From the NCBI GenBank assembly GCA_030586555.1, contig JAURAC010000002.1, positions 96,001 through 160,000 of the forward strand: a stretch of 64,000 nt of DNA, given 5' to 3'. The position numbers and the translations under genes were made by a program. The stretch's first letter is position 1. Each line of letters begins with the position of its first letter. This document shows positions 9,573 through 18,662 of this stretch, in pieces. This stretch comes from Candidatus Subterrananammoxibius californiae (lineage in GTDB: Bacteria > Planctomycetota > Brocadiia > Brocadiales > Subterrananammoxibiaceae). A model generated the notes under the pieces. It was given only the letters and a program-made list of their open reading frames with translations, ran no database searches and had not been told where the DNA came from.

Positions 9573-10339
9573 AAAAGGTTAGCGGATTAATTATATTATT
9601 TTTCCTATTAGTTTCTCTTATCCTTAAACCTGCTGTGCTTTTGGGCGACGACTTGCAGTCACTTTTGAACAAGGCAAGAAAGTATTACTCAACAAGAGAA
9701 AATGGGGAATCGCTTGAGAACGCTATAAAGACCTCTGAAGAAGCCCTGAAGATAGTTGGCAATGATGACAAAAAAGCTAAAGCATCAATATATGTGGAAC
9801 TTTCAAAATACCACTTTAAGCTCGGCGAGCATCATGTAAAGGATAATAAGTCAGAGGTATTCTTTAAAGGCATTGAATATGCCCAACTGGCAATATCTCT
9901 GGACCAAGAAAATGCTGGAGGGTACTACTGGAAGGCAGCCAATCTGGGCAGATGGGGTGAGACAAATAAGTTTGGTTTTCTTGCAAGGCGCAGCGAATTT
10001 GAAGATGCACTTAAAGAAGTAATTGCACGAGACCGTCCGTATGATTACTGGGGAGCAGATAGAACCCTTGCGGCGTACTATATCCCCAGAGTGCTTTTCT
10101 GGGGTGATAGAAAGAAGGCTATTGAGCACATTGAAATGGCTGTTAAAGGAGAGCCAGCATACCTCTGGAACTTGATGATTCAGGCAGAGGTCTATCAGGG
10201 CGTTGACAAAGACAAATCCGAGGCTATCCTTCAATCCATCCTTAAGCAGGATATTAACCAATTACCCGATGCAAGATTTGAGAACATGTGGATACAGGAA
10301 AAGGCTAAAAGCATGAACCAGACCACAAACCATCCGTGA
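9569..10339 (+). CDS. exported TPR-like helical protein
   Basis: TTG start overlapping radC stop; signal peptide; GYYWKAANLGRWG helical repeats. Confidence 0.7.
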   Translation: MKKVSGLIILFFLLVSLILKPAVLLGDDLQSLLNKARKYYSTRENGESLENAIKTSEEALKIVGNDDKKAKASIYVELSKYHFKLGEHHVKDNKSEVFFKGIEYAQLAISLDQENAGGYYWKAANLGRWGETNKFGFLARRSEFEDALKEVIARDRPYDYWGADRTLAAYYIPRVLFWGDRKKAIEHIEMAVKGEPAYLWNLMIQAEVYQGVDKDKSEAILQSILKQDINQLPDARFENMWIQEKAKSMNQTTNHP

Positions 10340-10389
10340 TTTTATATTGACAACGCCTATTTTGTTGCGTAACATGAGGGAAACGAGGT

Positions 10390-10468
10390 CGGGGCGTGGC
10401 GCAGCTCGGATTAGCGCGCTTGCTTGGGGTGCAAGAGGTCGCTGGTTCAAATCCAGTCGCCCCGACCA
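10390..10468 (+). tRNA. tRNA-Pro (GGG)
   Basis: CGGGGCG...CTTGC-TTGGGGT-GCAAG...GGTTCAAATCC...CGCCCCGACCA. Confidence 0.95.
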
Positions 10469-10490
10469 TTTTTTTCTGGGAAAACAAGAT

Positions 10491-10907
10491 ATGAAAAAAG
10501 TACTTGTAAGTTTTGTTGTAGCAGTTTTATTTTTAAGCCTAACAAACATAGGAGCGGTCCTGTCAGTTGACGTTTTTGCAGGCGAGGAGAAGGTTGCAAC
10601 CATCTCCCCCAATGAACTTAAACAGCGACTCGATTCTAAGAATGTTCCGATTCTATTAGATGTTAGGGAAGTAAAGGAATTAGCGGATGACCTTGGTCAT
10701 TTGCCCGGAATTAAGCATATCCCCATCGGCAGCCTGAGCAGTCGCCTATCTGAACTGGATGCGGATAAGGATAAGGAAATTGTAACAATATGCCGCATGG
10801 GTGGGCGTGCCACCAAGGCAGCCAAAATCCTTACGAAGGCTGGGTTCAAGGACGTAAAGGTGCTTGAAGGCGGCATGAGCGCCTACCGCAAGGCTGAAGG
10901 GCAATAA
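10491..10907 (+). CDS. exported rhodanese-like protein
   Basis: LLDVRE, GHLPG, ICRMGGRA, LEGGMSAY; start moved downstream of the tRNA. Confidence 0.9.
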   Translation: MKKVLVSFVVAVLFLSLTNIGAVLSVDVFAGEEKVATISPNELKQRLDSKNVPILLDVREVKELADDLGHLPGIKHIPIGSLSSRLSELDADKDKEIVTICRMGGRATKAAKILTKAGFKDVKVLEGGMSAYRKAEGQ

Positions 10908-10932
10908 ATAAATAGGAGTGACAATTTCAATC

Positions 10933-10962
10933 TTGACACATATTGTAATTACATTATAATTA
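10933..10962 (+). promoter_or_regulatory. sigma70-type promoter with overlapping palindromic operator
   Basis: TTGACA-16 nt-TATAAT; TGTAATTACA palindrome in the spacer. Confidence 0.7.
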
Positions 10963-10980
10963 CGTTTGAGGTGTTACACT

Positions 10981-11238
10981 ATGAAAGCAACTATAGTTCC
11001 AATAGGCAATTCTAAAGGAATCAGGATACCCAAGACAATATTAGAACAATGTCATATTGAAAAGGAGGTTGTTTTGAAAGTCGAAGATGATAATATAATT
11101 CTTAAACCTGTCAAAAAAGAACCGAGAAAAAACTGGGAACAGTATTTTAAAAAAATGAAAAAAAACTAAAGAAGACCGATTAATTATTGATGACAAAATT
11201 GATTTGGATATGGTGGGTTGGGAGTGGTATGAAGGATA
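10981..11238 (+). pseudogene. AbrB/MazE-family antitoxin, frameshifted in an A8 run
   Basis: IGNSKGIRIPK; removing one A near 11160 restores KEDRLIIDDKIDLDMVGWEW; no MazF follows. Confidence 0.7.
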
Positions 11239-11387
11239 AAAAATTTGATGCAGTAAAGATGATGAGAGAAATACGGGATAGGTTGAGTCAGGAATACACT
11301 AAAGACCCGGAAGCCGAGAAAAGAGATTTGGAACTTATAAGAAAAAAATATAAAATAAAGGATAAAAAAGTTAGTGCCCGTTCCTAA
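11229..11387 (+). CDS. small hypothetical protein (orphan antitoxin-like)
   Basis: MKDKKFDAVKMMREIRDRLSQE, GGAG RBS. Confidence 0.65.
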   Translation: MKDKKFDAVKMMREIRDRLSQEYTKDPEAEKRDLELIRKKYKIKDKKVSARS

Positions 11388-11579
11388 TAAAGCAAACTTG
11401 GACTACTCCGCAAGAAGTTCTGGCATTTAATGAGGCAAAAAAGAAAGAGCAATTTACCTAAATGAGGGAGTGATACGCCCTGTATTTTCTTACAAGAATG
11501 CAGGGCACCCAAAGAAGGAGAAGCAAAAGAAATAGGGAAAATGTCCCTTTTAACCCATCTTCATTCAAGGAGAGCTCAC

Positions 11580-12209
11580 ATGGCTGACATTTACGAGTAC
11601 TGGATTGGTAGAAACATAGACTACGACGGCATCTGGGAAGCATATGATAATGGCAGTGGATACATCCAGAAATACTATTCAATGCGGGTTCACTTGATTC
11701 AGATAAAGATTTCACAACATCCAAAGGAACTGCCACTGTTTAATCACGAGGCTGTTTTCAAGACCATCAAAGGGTACTTTCACGATTTGAAACATCTTTG
11801 CCTTGACCGAGATACGTACAATTCGGCTGGACCATTATTTATCTACAGCATCGAAAGAGCTTCAGGAATATATGAGTTCCTCGGAGAACTCAGGCAGTTA
11901 TTGCTGTTTGGAACCACTCTTGCCGACGAAAAAATTGTAGGAGAAAAACTCTCTAACCTGGACAAACGGATAGAGTTTCTCAAAAAACATTTCGGAAATG
12001 CAATCACTCTGGAGGATTTCCAGAGATTCATGAAGGCAAAGACACCACGTCAACTTGAAAAAGCTGTTCAACGCTTGATTCAAGAGGGAATCGAAAACAT
12101 TCAGATTTCACAGAAACCTTTCGTTGGTAACATTGAGGATACAAAATCCAGCTTGATAGATGTTAAGTCTTTGCTAAACGAAGCTGACGAAGGTAAAAGT
12201 GCCAGCTAA
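11580..12209 (+). CDS. hypothetical protein, cassette-like
   Basis: AAGGAG RBS before ATG 11580; stop lies in AGCTAAC followed by an attC-like left arm. Confidence 0.7.
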   Translation: MADIYEYWIGRNIDYDGIWEAYDNGSGYIQKYYSMRVHLIQIKISQHPKELPLFNHEAVFKTIKGYFHDLKHLCLDRDTYNSAGPLFIYSIERASGIYEFLGELRQLLLFGTTLADEKIVGEKLSNLDKRIEFLKKHFGNAITLEDFQRFMKAKTPRQLEKAVQRLIQEGIENIQISQKPFVGNIEDTKSSLIDVKSLLNEADEGKSAS

Positions 12210-12303
12210 CCAGCGGCTCAAGCTGACGGATTGAGTAGACTACAAACTAATGCTCGATTGCGGTAAATGATAAAAGAGTTGGTAGGGACGCTTCCCATAT
12301 TTT

Positions 12304-12362
12304 CTAACATTTTGCCAGGGCTAATTCGTCTATAAAATATTATGTAAAAAAGTATAAATTTA
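12304..12362 (-). repeat. third, diverged copy of radical SAM gene 3' end plus PIN-remnant tail
   Basis: 22/26 match to 13980-14005; shares the downstream extension with 12984-13044. Confidence 0.75.
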
Positions 12363-12364
12363 AA

Positions 12365-12685
12365 TTATTTTCTTCCCCTTCTTTCTTTATGTTGATAAGT
12401 TATAAAACTAATCCAACCCTTGTAATCTTTCTTTGTATCTTTTTCTATTGCAATAATCCAGACATCAATTATCTGACGTTCAATGGTAAATAAAATTCTC
12501 CAACGGCCAACCCTTTTTCTAAAAATTTTGGGGGCATTCTTTAAGGACTTAATATTAGAACTCTGTAATCCCTTTTGTTCCAGTTCATCTAAAGCGTTTA
12601 CTAACCTCCGAAAAGCCCTTTTATCCTTCTGAGAAATTTCTTCAAGTGCTTCTTCGGCAAATGTATTAATAATTAACTTAAACAT
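12365..12685 (-). CDS. RelE/ParE family toxin
   Basis: NIKSLK...IFRKRVGRWRILFTI. Confidence 0.85.
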   Translation of the reverse strand: MFKLIINTFAEEALEEISQKDKRAFRRLVNALDELEQKGLQSSNIKSLKNAPKIFRKRVGRWRILFTIERQIIDVWIIAIEKDTKKDYKGWISFITYQHKERRGRK

Positions 12686-12836
12686 TCTTCATCAGCTTCT
12701 TTTTCAGTTCCTTCCACTCTTTGCCATGATGAGCTTGGGATTTCATCGCCTCTAAAACAAGTATGGTATCCAATAAGTCTTCATACTTGATCAGAACCTT
12801 TTTTTCAAGTTTTCTTAAGCTTTTTGTCGTAATCAT
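12678..12836 (-). CDS. putative antitoxin
   Basis: GGAG RBS then MITTKSL...YEDLLDTI...GKEWKELKKKL; overlaps toxin start. Confidence 0.7.
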   Translation of the reverse strand: MITTKSLRKLEKKVLIKYEDLLDTILVLEAMKSQAHHGKEWKELKKKLMKNV

Positions 12837-12983
12837 TTGTAACTCCCATAATTTTAAATATCTAAAATTCAGGAACGGGGTACACTTCCCGTATTTTCGG
12901 GAAACTAAATTCATGCTGATGCGTCAACCAGAACCATTGGCTAACTTCGGATTCCTGTCTACTGTTTGCTATCTTCTGTCTTT

Positions 12984-13009
12984 TTAACACTTTGCCAGCG
13001 CTAATTCCT
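12984..13009 (-). repeat. exact 26-bp copy of radical SAM gene 3' end
   Basis: ttaacactttgccagcgctaattcct is identical to 13980-14005. Confidence 0.9.
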
Positions 13010-13021
13010 CTTTTAATAATA

Positions 13022-13112
13022 TTACGTGAAGGCGTATAAATTTAACCTGGTTTCTTTCTGAATAATCTCAAAATGTTTATCCAGAGTCAAAAGTTTTACA
13101 TTATTTGTGGTA
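13022..13112 (-). pseudogene. C-terminal remnant of a PIN toxin
   Basis: Reads TTNNVKLLTLDKHFEIIQKETRLNLYAFT*; 5' part replaced by REP palindromes. Confidence 0.65.
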
Positions 13113-13245
13113 GACAACGAGGTTTTACCTCGTTGATTCAACGAACATAAAGTTCGTTGCCTACCTTATTCTATACGGACAAATAAAGGAGATTCTTCAC
13201 TTCGCTCAGAATGACACTCTGTATTAGTTTGTCCATGCCACCCTA
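13110..13245. repeat. cluster of REP-like palindromes
   Basis: GTAGACAACGA...TCGTTGCCTAC (also 31626-31687); GATTCTTCACTTCGCTCAGAATGAC; TTTGTCCATGCCACCC. Confidence 0.7.
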
Positions 13246-13291
13246 CCTTTATTGTTAAGGTTTTTATAAAATTTGAATGCATCTGTTCTAT

Positions 13292-13693
13292 TTAGAATAA
13301 CCAGTTTTCTACACTTATATCATCTACAATACCAAAGTGCCGGTCGGTTGTCAGGATTGTAATGTTATGAATCCGCGCAACAGCGGCAATCTGGGCATCA
13401 ATGGATGGGATAGGCATTCCTTTTGCTTTTTGTTCTGCTTGAATCTTCCCGAACTCCTCCGCTGCAATTACGTCGTAGTCCCAAAGGATAACATCTTCAA
13501 GGAATCCTTTTAGTTGTAACAAGTTTTCCTCCTTCCTTTTACTGGCATAAACTGCAAAGAATAGCTCACCGAGAATACTTACTGATATGCCAAACCTTGA
13601 ACCGCTATTTTTTAAGGCATTAACATTCAAAGAAAGGGATTTATTTCCTTCCAGTATCTTACTGGCATGGTTTGTATCAAATAGATAATCCAA
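13292..13693 (-). CDS. vapC: PIN-domain VapC toxin
   Basis: YLFDTNH, LGELFF, IPSIDAQIAA, TTDRHF, VENW. Confidence 0.9.
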   Translation of the reverse strand: MDYLFDTNHASKILEGNKSLSLNVNALKNSGSRFGISVSILGELFFAVYASKRKEENLLQLKGFLEDVILWDYDVIAAEEFGKIQAEQKAKGMPIPSIDAQIAAVARIHNITILTTDRHFGIVDDISVENWLF

Positions 13694-13702
13694 CCTAATC
13701 CT

Positions 13703-13870
13703 CTATTCTCTTAATTTTTGTATGTCCTTTAATATATTATCAAGTTCTCCCTTTTCAAATTTCCATGTCCCCATGTGCTTTAATATTGCCTCGGGTGAGC
13801 CCTTTTCTGGCTCTTTCTTTTTTCGCTTAGATGCGGAAATAAGTTTGGTACGACAAATTGGTCTTCTCAT
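13703..13870 (-). CDS. putative antitoxin (55 aa, not in ORF track)
   Basis: AGGAGG RBS; MRRPICR...KGSPEAILKHMGTWKFEKGELDNILKDIQKLRE*. Confidence 0.7.
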   Translation of the reverse strand: MRRPICRTKLISASKRKKKEPEKGSPEAILKHMGTWKFEKGELDNILKDIQKLRE

Positions 13871-13979
13871 TGTCTTTCCTCCTTTCTGCTATTTTCAATC
13901 GTTCTTTGAACCAAAGAAAGAGCACGGACAAACACGACCTGTCCACTGGATGGGTGTCCCCGCCGTGCCACTCTACTAT

Positions 13980-15227
13980 TTAACACTTTGCCAGCGCTAA
14001 TTCCTGGGCTAAGTCTTCCATGAGCACTTCATTGGGAATATCCTCAATTGCCACTGGTAGTTTTACGTCTGGCGGAAGGGGGTCTATGTACTTCTTTCGG
14101 TATGCCTTGCTTTGCATGCGGCAGGTGGGGTATCGTTTGTTAAAATCGGGGTGCGATGTCATCTTGTGCCATATCGCCTGTATGGGCATTTGCCTGACAT
14201 TGCCAAAATTGATGGGGTTAAAGTCGCAGGGGTTAATATCGCCGTAAGCAGTCATATAAAATTGTGATTGCGCCCCGTAACAGCCAACCCCGAGTGGTGA
14301 GTTGATAAGCGCCATGGCGTTAACGCCCATTGGATGGTCCATCTCGTAGTACTTCTTTGAGAGGGCAATTAACTGCCGTCTATCATCCGGGCTAAGTATC
14401 TTGGATGTGTCTTTAAGATACCTTCCAGAGGGGATGCAGTCGAATATTGTGACCTCGTGGAATCCTTCTCTTTGAGCTATTTGCAGGAGCTTTTCGACCT
14501 GACCAGACCGGAGGCTTTCCCTGCTTGCATACGTAGAGATGCCTGTTAAAATGCCAGCCTCTCTTGCCCTTGCGGCGCCGTCAAACGCCTTCTGATAGCA
14601 GCCTGGGACTGCCCTGAATTTGTTGTGCAGTTCAGGCTCGCTGCTATCAATGGAGATGTTCAATGTTGCAAGACCAGCCTTCGCAAGCCTTTTAACGTTT
14701 GCATCCGTCAAGAGGAGTCCGTTTGTAAATATCATAGCGATGGCTTTAGATTTGTCCACATGCTCAATGAGTTCTGGCAGGTCGTCCCGCAGGAGCGGCT
14801 CACCGCCAACATAGATTATAAGGCTTGCACCCAGTTCCAATGCACCGTCAACAACGGTTTTAATTTCCTCCGTGGTCAGTTCCTCTCTTGTAGGGTCAAC
14901 AAATGGGTCGGCACTACAGTGGATGCAACGGCACTGGCATTTATGGGTGATTGCAATATTTGCCGTGACAGGATATGCCCGCTTGTGAAGCATCATCTTT
15001 ACGCTTCTAACGAGGAATCTCATGCCAGCCTCGGTTGGATGAGGTGGGTTATAAAGATTATATACATGCGCCCCATTTACCTTTGCGATTACCTTGAGGG
15101 AATTAAGCTTGTTGAAGAATTTATCAACGAAAGGCTGTAACAATTCACCTAATGAACCGCCAGCCTTTCCAATAATCTCTCCGTTTTCTATCTTAGCATC
15201 AATGTGTAAAAAATCGAATTGGCTCAT
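13980..15227 (-). CDS. radical SAM/SPASM domain protein
   Basis: CQCRCIHC, GGEPLL, SPASM-like GCYGA...GDINPCDF...C. Confidence 0.9.
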   Translation of the reverse strand: MSQFDFLHIDAKIENGEIIGKAGGSLGELLQPFVDKFFNKLNSLKVIAKVNGAHVYNLYNPPHPTEAGMRFLVRSVKMMLHKRAYPVTANIAITHKCQCRCIHCSADPFVDPTREELTTEEIKTVVDGALELGASLIIYVGGEPLLRDDLPELIEHVDKSKAIAMIFTNGLLLTDANVKRLAKAGLATLNISIDSSEPELHNKFRAVPGCYQKAFDGAARAREAGILTGISTYASRESLRSGQVEKLLQIAQREGFHEVTIFDCIPSGRYLKDTSKILSPDDRRQLIALSKKYYEMDHPMGVNAMALINSPLGVGCYGAQSQFYMTAYGDINPCDFNPINFGNVRQMPIQAIWHKMTSHPDFNKRYPTCRMQSKAYRKKYIDPLPPDVKLPVAIEDIPNEVLMEDLAQELALAKC

Positions 15228-16246
15228 TTCTTTTCTCCCCTAACTGCTTTCAGGGTTTTCTCAATTTCGTTTGTAATATATGTAGCCACTTCAAGTGTCA
15301 TCATTCCATCCTCTCCGGAGACAAGTGGTTTTTTGCCATCTTGAATGCATTCAACGAAGGATTCCAATTCCTTCTGCAAAGGCTCATAATTATCCATGGT
15401 TAATCTTTCTATATGCAGAAGACCTCCAAAATCAAAATTCTTAAGGTCTGCGATTGATGAAAAGTCCGTCTCCTTAATATTTAATGATTCAAGAGTAAGG
15501 TGCGGAGATTTCTTAAATATTAACGCTTCGCGCTTCTGGTAGTCAAGGGAAATATATGCATCTTCTGAAAAGATGCGTATCTTGCGCATGGGCGTGAGCG
15601 CCACGCGGCTCGCTGTGATGTTTGCAACGCATCCGTTCTCAAAAAGGATGCGCGCATTGGCAATATCCTCCTTTTCAGAAATCATATTTATTCCAAAGGC
15701 ATCAATTTTCTTTACCTTCGAGTTGGCTAAATGCAGGATAATATCAATATCGTGAACCATCAAGTCAAACACTGCTCCTATATCAGCTGAACGAAAGGTA
15801 AAGGGACGAAGTCTGTGGCATTCAATAAACCTTGGTGTTATGGGGTATTTCTGTATTGCCATAATTGCTGGATTAAAGCGTTCAATATAACCAACCTGCA
15901 AGACTGCATTATGGCTTTTGCTTATTTCAACAAGTTCTTTTGCCTCTGTTAGCGTAGAGGACATTGGTTTTTCTACAAGCACATGAATATCCCTCTGGAG
16001 GAAGTCCTTAGCAATCTGCCAATGCAAACGTGTAGGCACGGCAATACTAACGGCATCCACACTATCCATTACTTCCTTATAGTCCGTAAAGAACCGTGTA
16101 TGGCAGTCCCTGGAGACCGTTTCTCCCTGAACCTTGTTGGTATCCACAACCGCCACAAGTTCCACATTCGGCATACCTGCATACACGCGGGCATGTTCCT
16201 TGCCGAGATGTCCGACGCCAATGACCGCAACCCTCAGTTTACTCAT
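15224..16246 (-). CDS. Gfo/Idh/MocA oxidoreductase (GnnA-like, next to lpxA)
   Basis: VIGVGHLG, EKP, ERFNPA, DLMVHDID. Confidence 0.9.
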   Translation of the reverse strand: MSKLRVAVIGVGHLGKEHARVYAGMPNVELVAVVDTNKVQGETVSRDCHTRFFTDYKEVMDSVDAVSIAVPTRLHWQIAKDFLQRDIHVLVEKPMSSTLTEAKELVEISKSHNAVLQVGYIERFNPAIMAIQKYPITPRFIECHRLRPFTFRSADIGAVFDLMVHDIDIILHLANSKVKKIDAFGINMISEKEDIANARILFENGCVANITASRVALTPMRKIRIFSEDAYISLDYQKREALIFKKSPHLTLESLNIKETDFSSIADLKNFDFGGLLHIERLTMDNYEPLQKELESFVECIQDGKKPLVSGEDGMMTLEVATYITNEIEKTLKAVRGEKK

Positions 16247-16339
16247 GTCGAAAACCTATTACTTCTTTTGAAAAGAAGCACGGACAAACAAGTTTGTCCA
16301 TGCCACCCGTTCAAATTAATTTTTGATTTTGGATTTAAG

Positions 16340-17143
16340 TCATATTCTACGGAGTGATTCCCTGAAACGTCCGAACCTTCCTTTATCAACATTCCGCAGG
16401 AAAGTTATCAGATACTGAACCTCTGGTAAAATGTCATCTTCAGCCTCAAGCTCATCCAAAACCTTACTGCGATTCAGGATTTCGGGTCTAAATATTCTAC
16501 GAAAGGCATCTTCTAATGCATCTATCCGTTCTTTAGAAAAGCCGCCCCTTTCCAACCCAATCACGTTAACCTGCCGTACCTTTGCCGGATTGCCCTCGAC
16601 AATCATATAGGGAGGAACGTCTTGAACAATCCTCGCAAGGCCACCTACATAGGCATACTGGCCAATAGTAACAAATGGCTGGATGCCAACGAGGCCCATA
16701 AGTTTGGCGTTCTTTTCAATCTTTATATGACCGCCGAGAAGCGTCCCATTTGTTAACAGCACATTATCTTCTATAATACAATCATGTGCAACGTGGCAAC
16801 AAGCCATTAAGAAATTACCATTGCCAATGACCGTTTCCCCACCGCCGAATTCTGTACCTGTATTTATAGTAACGCACTCACGAATAACATTGTTGTCCCC
16901 TATGATAAGCCTTGTTTGCTCCCCGTGATATTTTAAGTCCTGAGGTTCTGACCCCACGACGGCATTGGGAAATATTACATTATCTTTCCCAATGATGGTG
17001 TTACCATTTACAGTGACATTGTTTTTTATGACGGTTCCATCACCGATTTTTACATGCTCATCAATAACAGAAAAAGGACCAACCTCAACGTCACTGCCCA
17101 ACTCGGCATGTGGATGAACGCAAGCGTACTTATGTATTTTCAT
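16340..17143 (-). CDS. lpxA: UDP-N-acetylglucosamine acyltransferase
   Basis: Hexapeptide repeats, PQDLKY, HVAHDC, QDVPPY. Confidence 0.96.
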   Translation of the reverse strand: MKIHKYACVHPHAELGSDVEVGPFSVIDEHVKIGDGTVIKNNVTVNGNTIIGKDNVIFPNAVVGSEPQDLKYHGEQTRLIIGDNNVIRECVTINTGTEFGGGETVIGNGNFLMACCHVAHDCIIEDNVLLTNGTLLGGHIKIEKNAKLMGLVGIQPFVTIGQYAYVGGLARIVQDVPPYMIVEGNPAKVRQVNVIGLERGGFSKERIDALEDAFRRIFRPEILNRSKVLDELEAEDDILPEVQYLITFLRNVDKGRFGRFRESLRRI

Positions 17144-18012
17144 TGTGCCACTTCGGCTATCTTTTTTGCCATCAAGGCGTTCAGGGCATGACCCGATTTG
17201 AATGCAATGATATGGCCACGTAAAGTAACACTTGTCAGATAAAGGTCTCCGATAAGGTCAAGAACCTTGTGTCTGATACATTCGTCTGGGAACCTCAAAT
17301 GGGCAGGAGTCATGCTAAGCGGCTTGGTAATCCTACCATCTTCATGCACAACAAGGCTGTTATCATCTGTAACGCCCTTCCCAAGCCCGAGTTTTCTAAA
17401 CTCTTCAATATATTTGCTAAGAATAAATGTCCTGGCTGGAGCGATTTCTTCCATGAAGTTTACCTCGTCTAATTCGATATTGTAACATTGATTATGCAGG
17501 AAAGCCCCGTCAAAATCGAGTACGTATGATAATAAAAATCCCTTATCATAAGGTAAGGCGCTAATGCTTGTATCGCCTTTCTTTACAGTTATCGGATGAA
17601 CCACCGCAAAGATTTTTTTTGGTTCATTTTGTTCTAATGTTCCGGCATCTTTAATCAATTCGGTAAATATTCTGGAACTGCCGTCTCCCGCTGGTATCTC
17701 GCATCCATCGAGTTCTATTGAGAGATTATCTATCCCCATGCCAGCCAGTGCAGCCATTAAATGCTCGACGCACTGAACTTCAGCCCCGTTCTTTTTCAAC
17801 AGGATACGACGTGAGAGGTCTGAAAGGAACCCTACAGATGCCGGTATTGTTGGGCGGTTTGGAAGGTCGGTACGAATAAATTTTATACCAGTATTCGCTG
17901 CATCTGGATTTAAACGTAGACTAACACTTTCGCCAGTAAAGAGGCCCTTCCCGGAAAATTTAACAACCTTCTTGATTGTTCTTTGAGGGTCAATCAAGCT
18001 ATTTTTCCTCAA
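17140..18012 (-). CDS. lpxC: UDP-3-O-acyl-GlcNAc deacetylase
   Basis: QRTI, VEHLMAAL, DGS, IAPARTF, HKVLDLIGDL, SGHALN. Confidence 0.95.
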   Translation of the reverse strand: MRKNSLIDPQRTIKKVVKFSGKGLFTGESVSLRLNPDAANTGIKFIRTDLPNRPTIPASVGFLSDLSRRILLKKNGAEVQCVEHLMAALAGMGIDNLSIELDGCEIPAGDGSSRIFTELIKDAGTLEQNEPKKIFAVVHPITVKKGDTSISALPYDKGFLLSYVLDFDGAFLHNQCYNIELDEVNFMEEIAPARTFILSKYIEEFRKLGLGKGVTDDNSLVVHEDGRITKPLSMTPAHLRFPDECIRHKVLDLIGDLYLTSVTLRGHIIAFKSGHALNALMAKKIAEVAQ

Positions 18013-18622
18013 TCTGTTTAGAATGGCGGCTATTCAGAGCCTCTATCACTTTATCGGTTACATCAAGAGCGTCGGAATAGTACAACACCGTGCCTATGCC
18101 AATCTTCAACCGCAATTCCAAAATATCGGCGCTTTTTAATTCAAGGTCTTCTTTTTTAAGGATGATATCAAAACTCTCTTTTTTACCAAGATTATCAATT
18201 TCTTTGCATACGTCCTGATAAAGCTCCTCAAAAATTTCTTTTTCCTTTCTGCTCAAGTTAGTTTCTGCCATCTTTTCTTCGAGCTGGTAGTATAACATCT
18301 TTTTTTCAAGTGTTTCTTCATTTTTCCTTCTGCTTTCGCTTCCCATATCGAGGAGTTGTACTTCTTCCCGCAGGCTTTTAATCTCGCCCTGTTTTTGCCT
18401 TAATTGCTGTTCGGTTTGTGTCTTTGCGGCCATAAACTGCTTTTCAAGTTCTTTTCGTTTTTCGTACTTATCAAGAACCCGATTGATATTTACCACCCCT
18501 ATCTTTTGTTGTGAGGTTTCCTCAGGAACATCCTTTGCAAAAGAAACACTTGAGGACAAGATACCTGCCGATAATACAAGAAAAAAATATTTAATAAATT
18601 TTACACACCCCTTTTTTTTCAA
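17999..18622 (-). CDS. skp: OmpH/Skp periplasmic chaperone
   Basis: Signal peptide, KIGVVNI, coiled coil, DVTDKVI; follows bamA. Confidence 0.88.
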   Translation of the reverse strand: MKKKGCVKFIKYFFLVLSAGILSSSVSFAKDVPEETSQQKIGVVNINRVLDKYEKRKELEKQFMAAKTQTEQQLRQKQGEIKSLREEVQLLDMGSESRRKNEETLEKKMLYYQLEEKMAETNLSRKEKEIFEELYQDVCKEIDNLGKKESFDIILKKEDLELKSADILELRLKIGIGTVLYYSDALDVTDKVIEALNSRHSKQIEEK

Positions 18623-18662
18623 AACAATATTCTCCTTCCCTAATTAAGAATTAAGAAAATTT

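Noticed and set aside
10347..10490. Long N-terminus of the rhodanese ORF
   Set aside because: It overlaps tRNA-Pro; the true start is ATG 10491
12304..14005. CRISPR array from the three 26-bp repeats
   Set aside because: Spacing is 0.7-1 kb with whole genes between copies, the repeat is a gene end, and there are no cas genes
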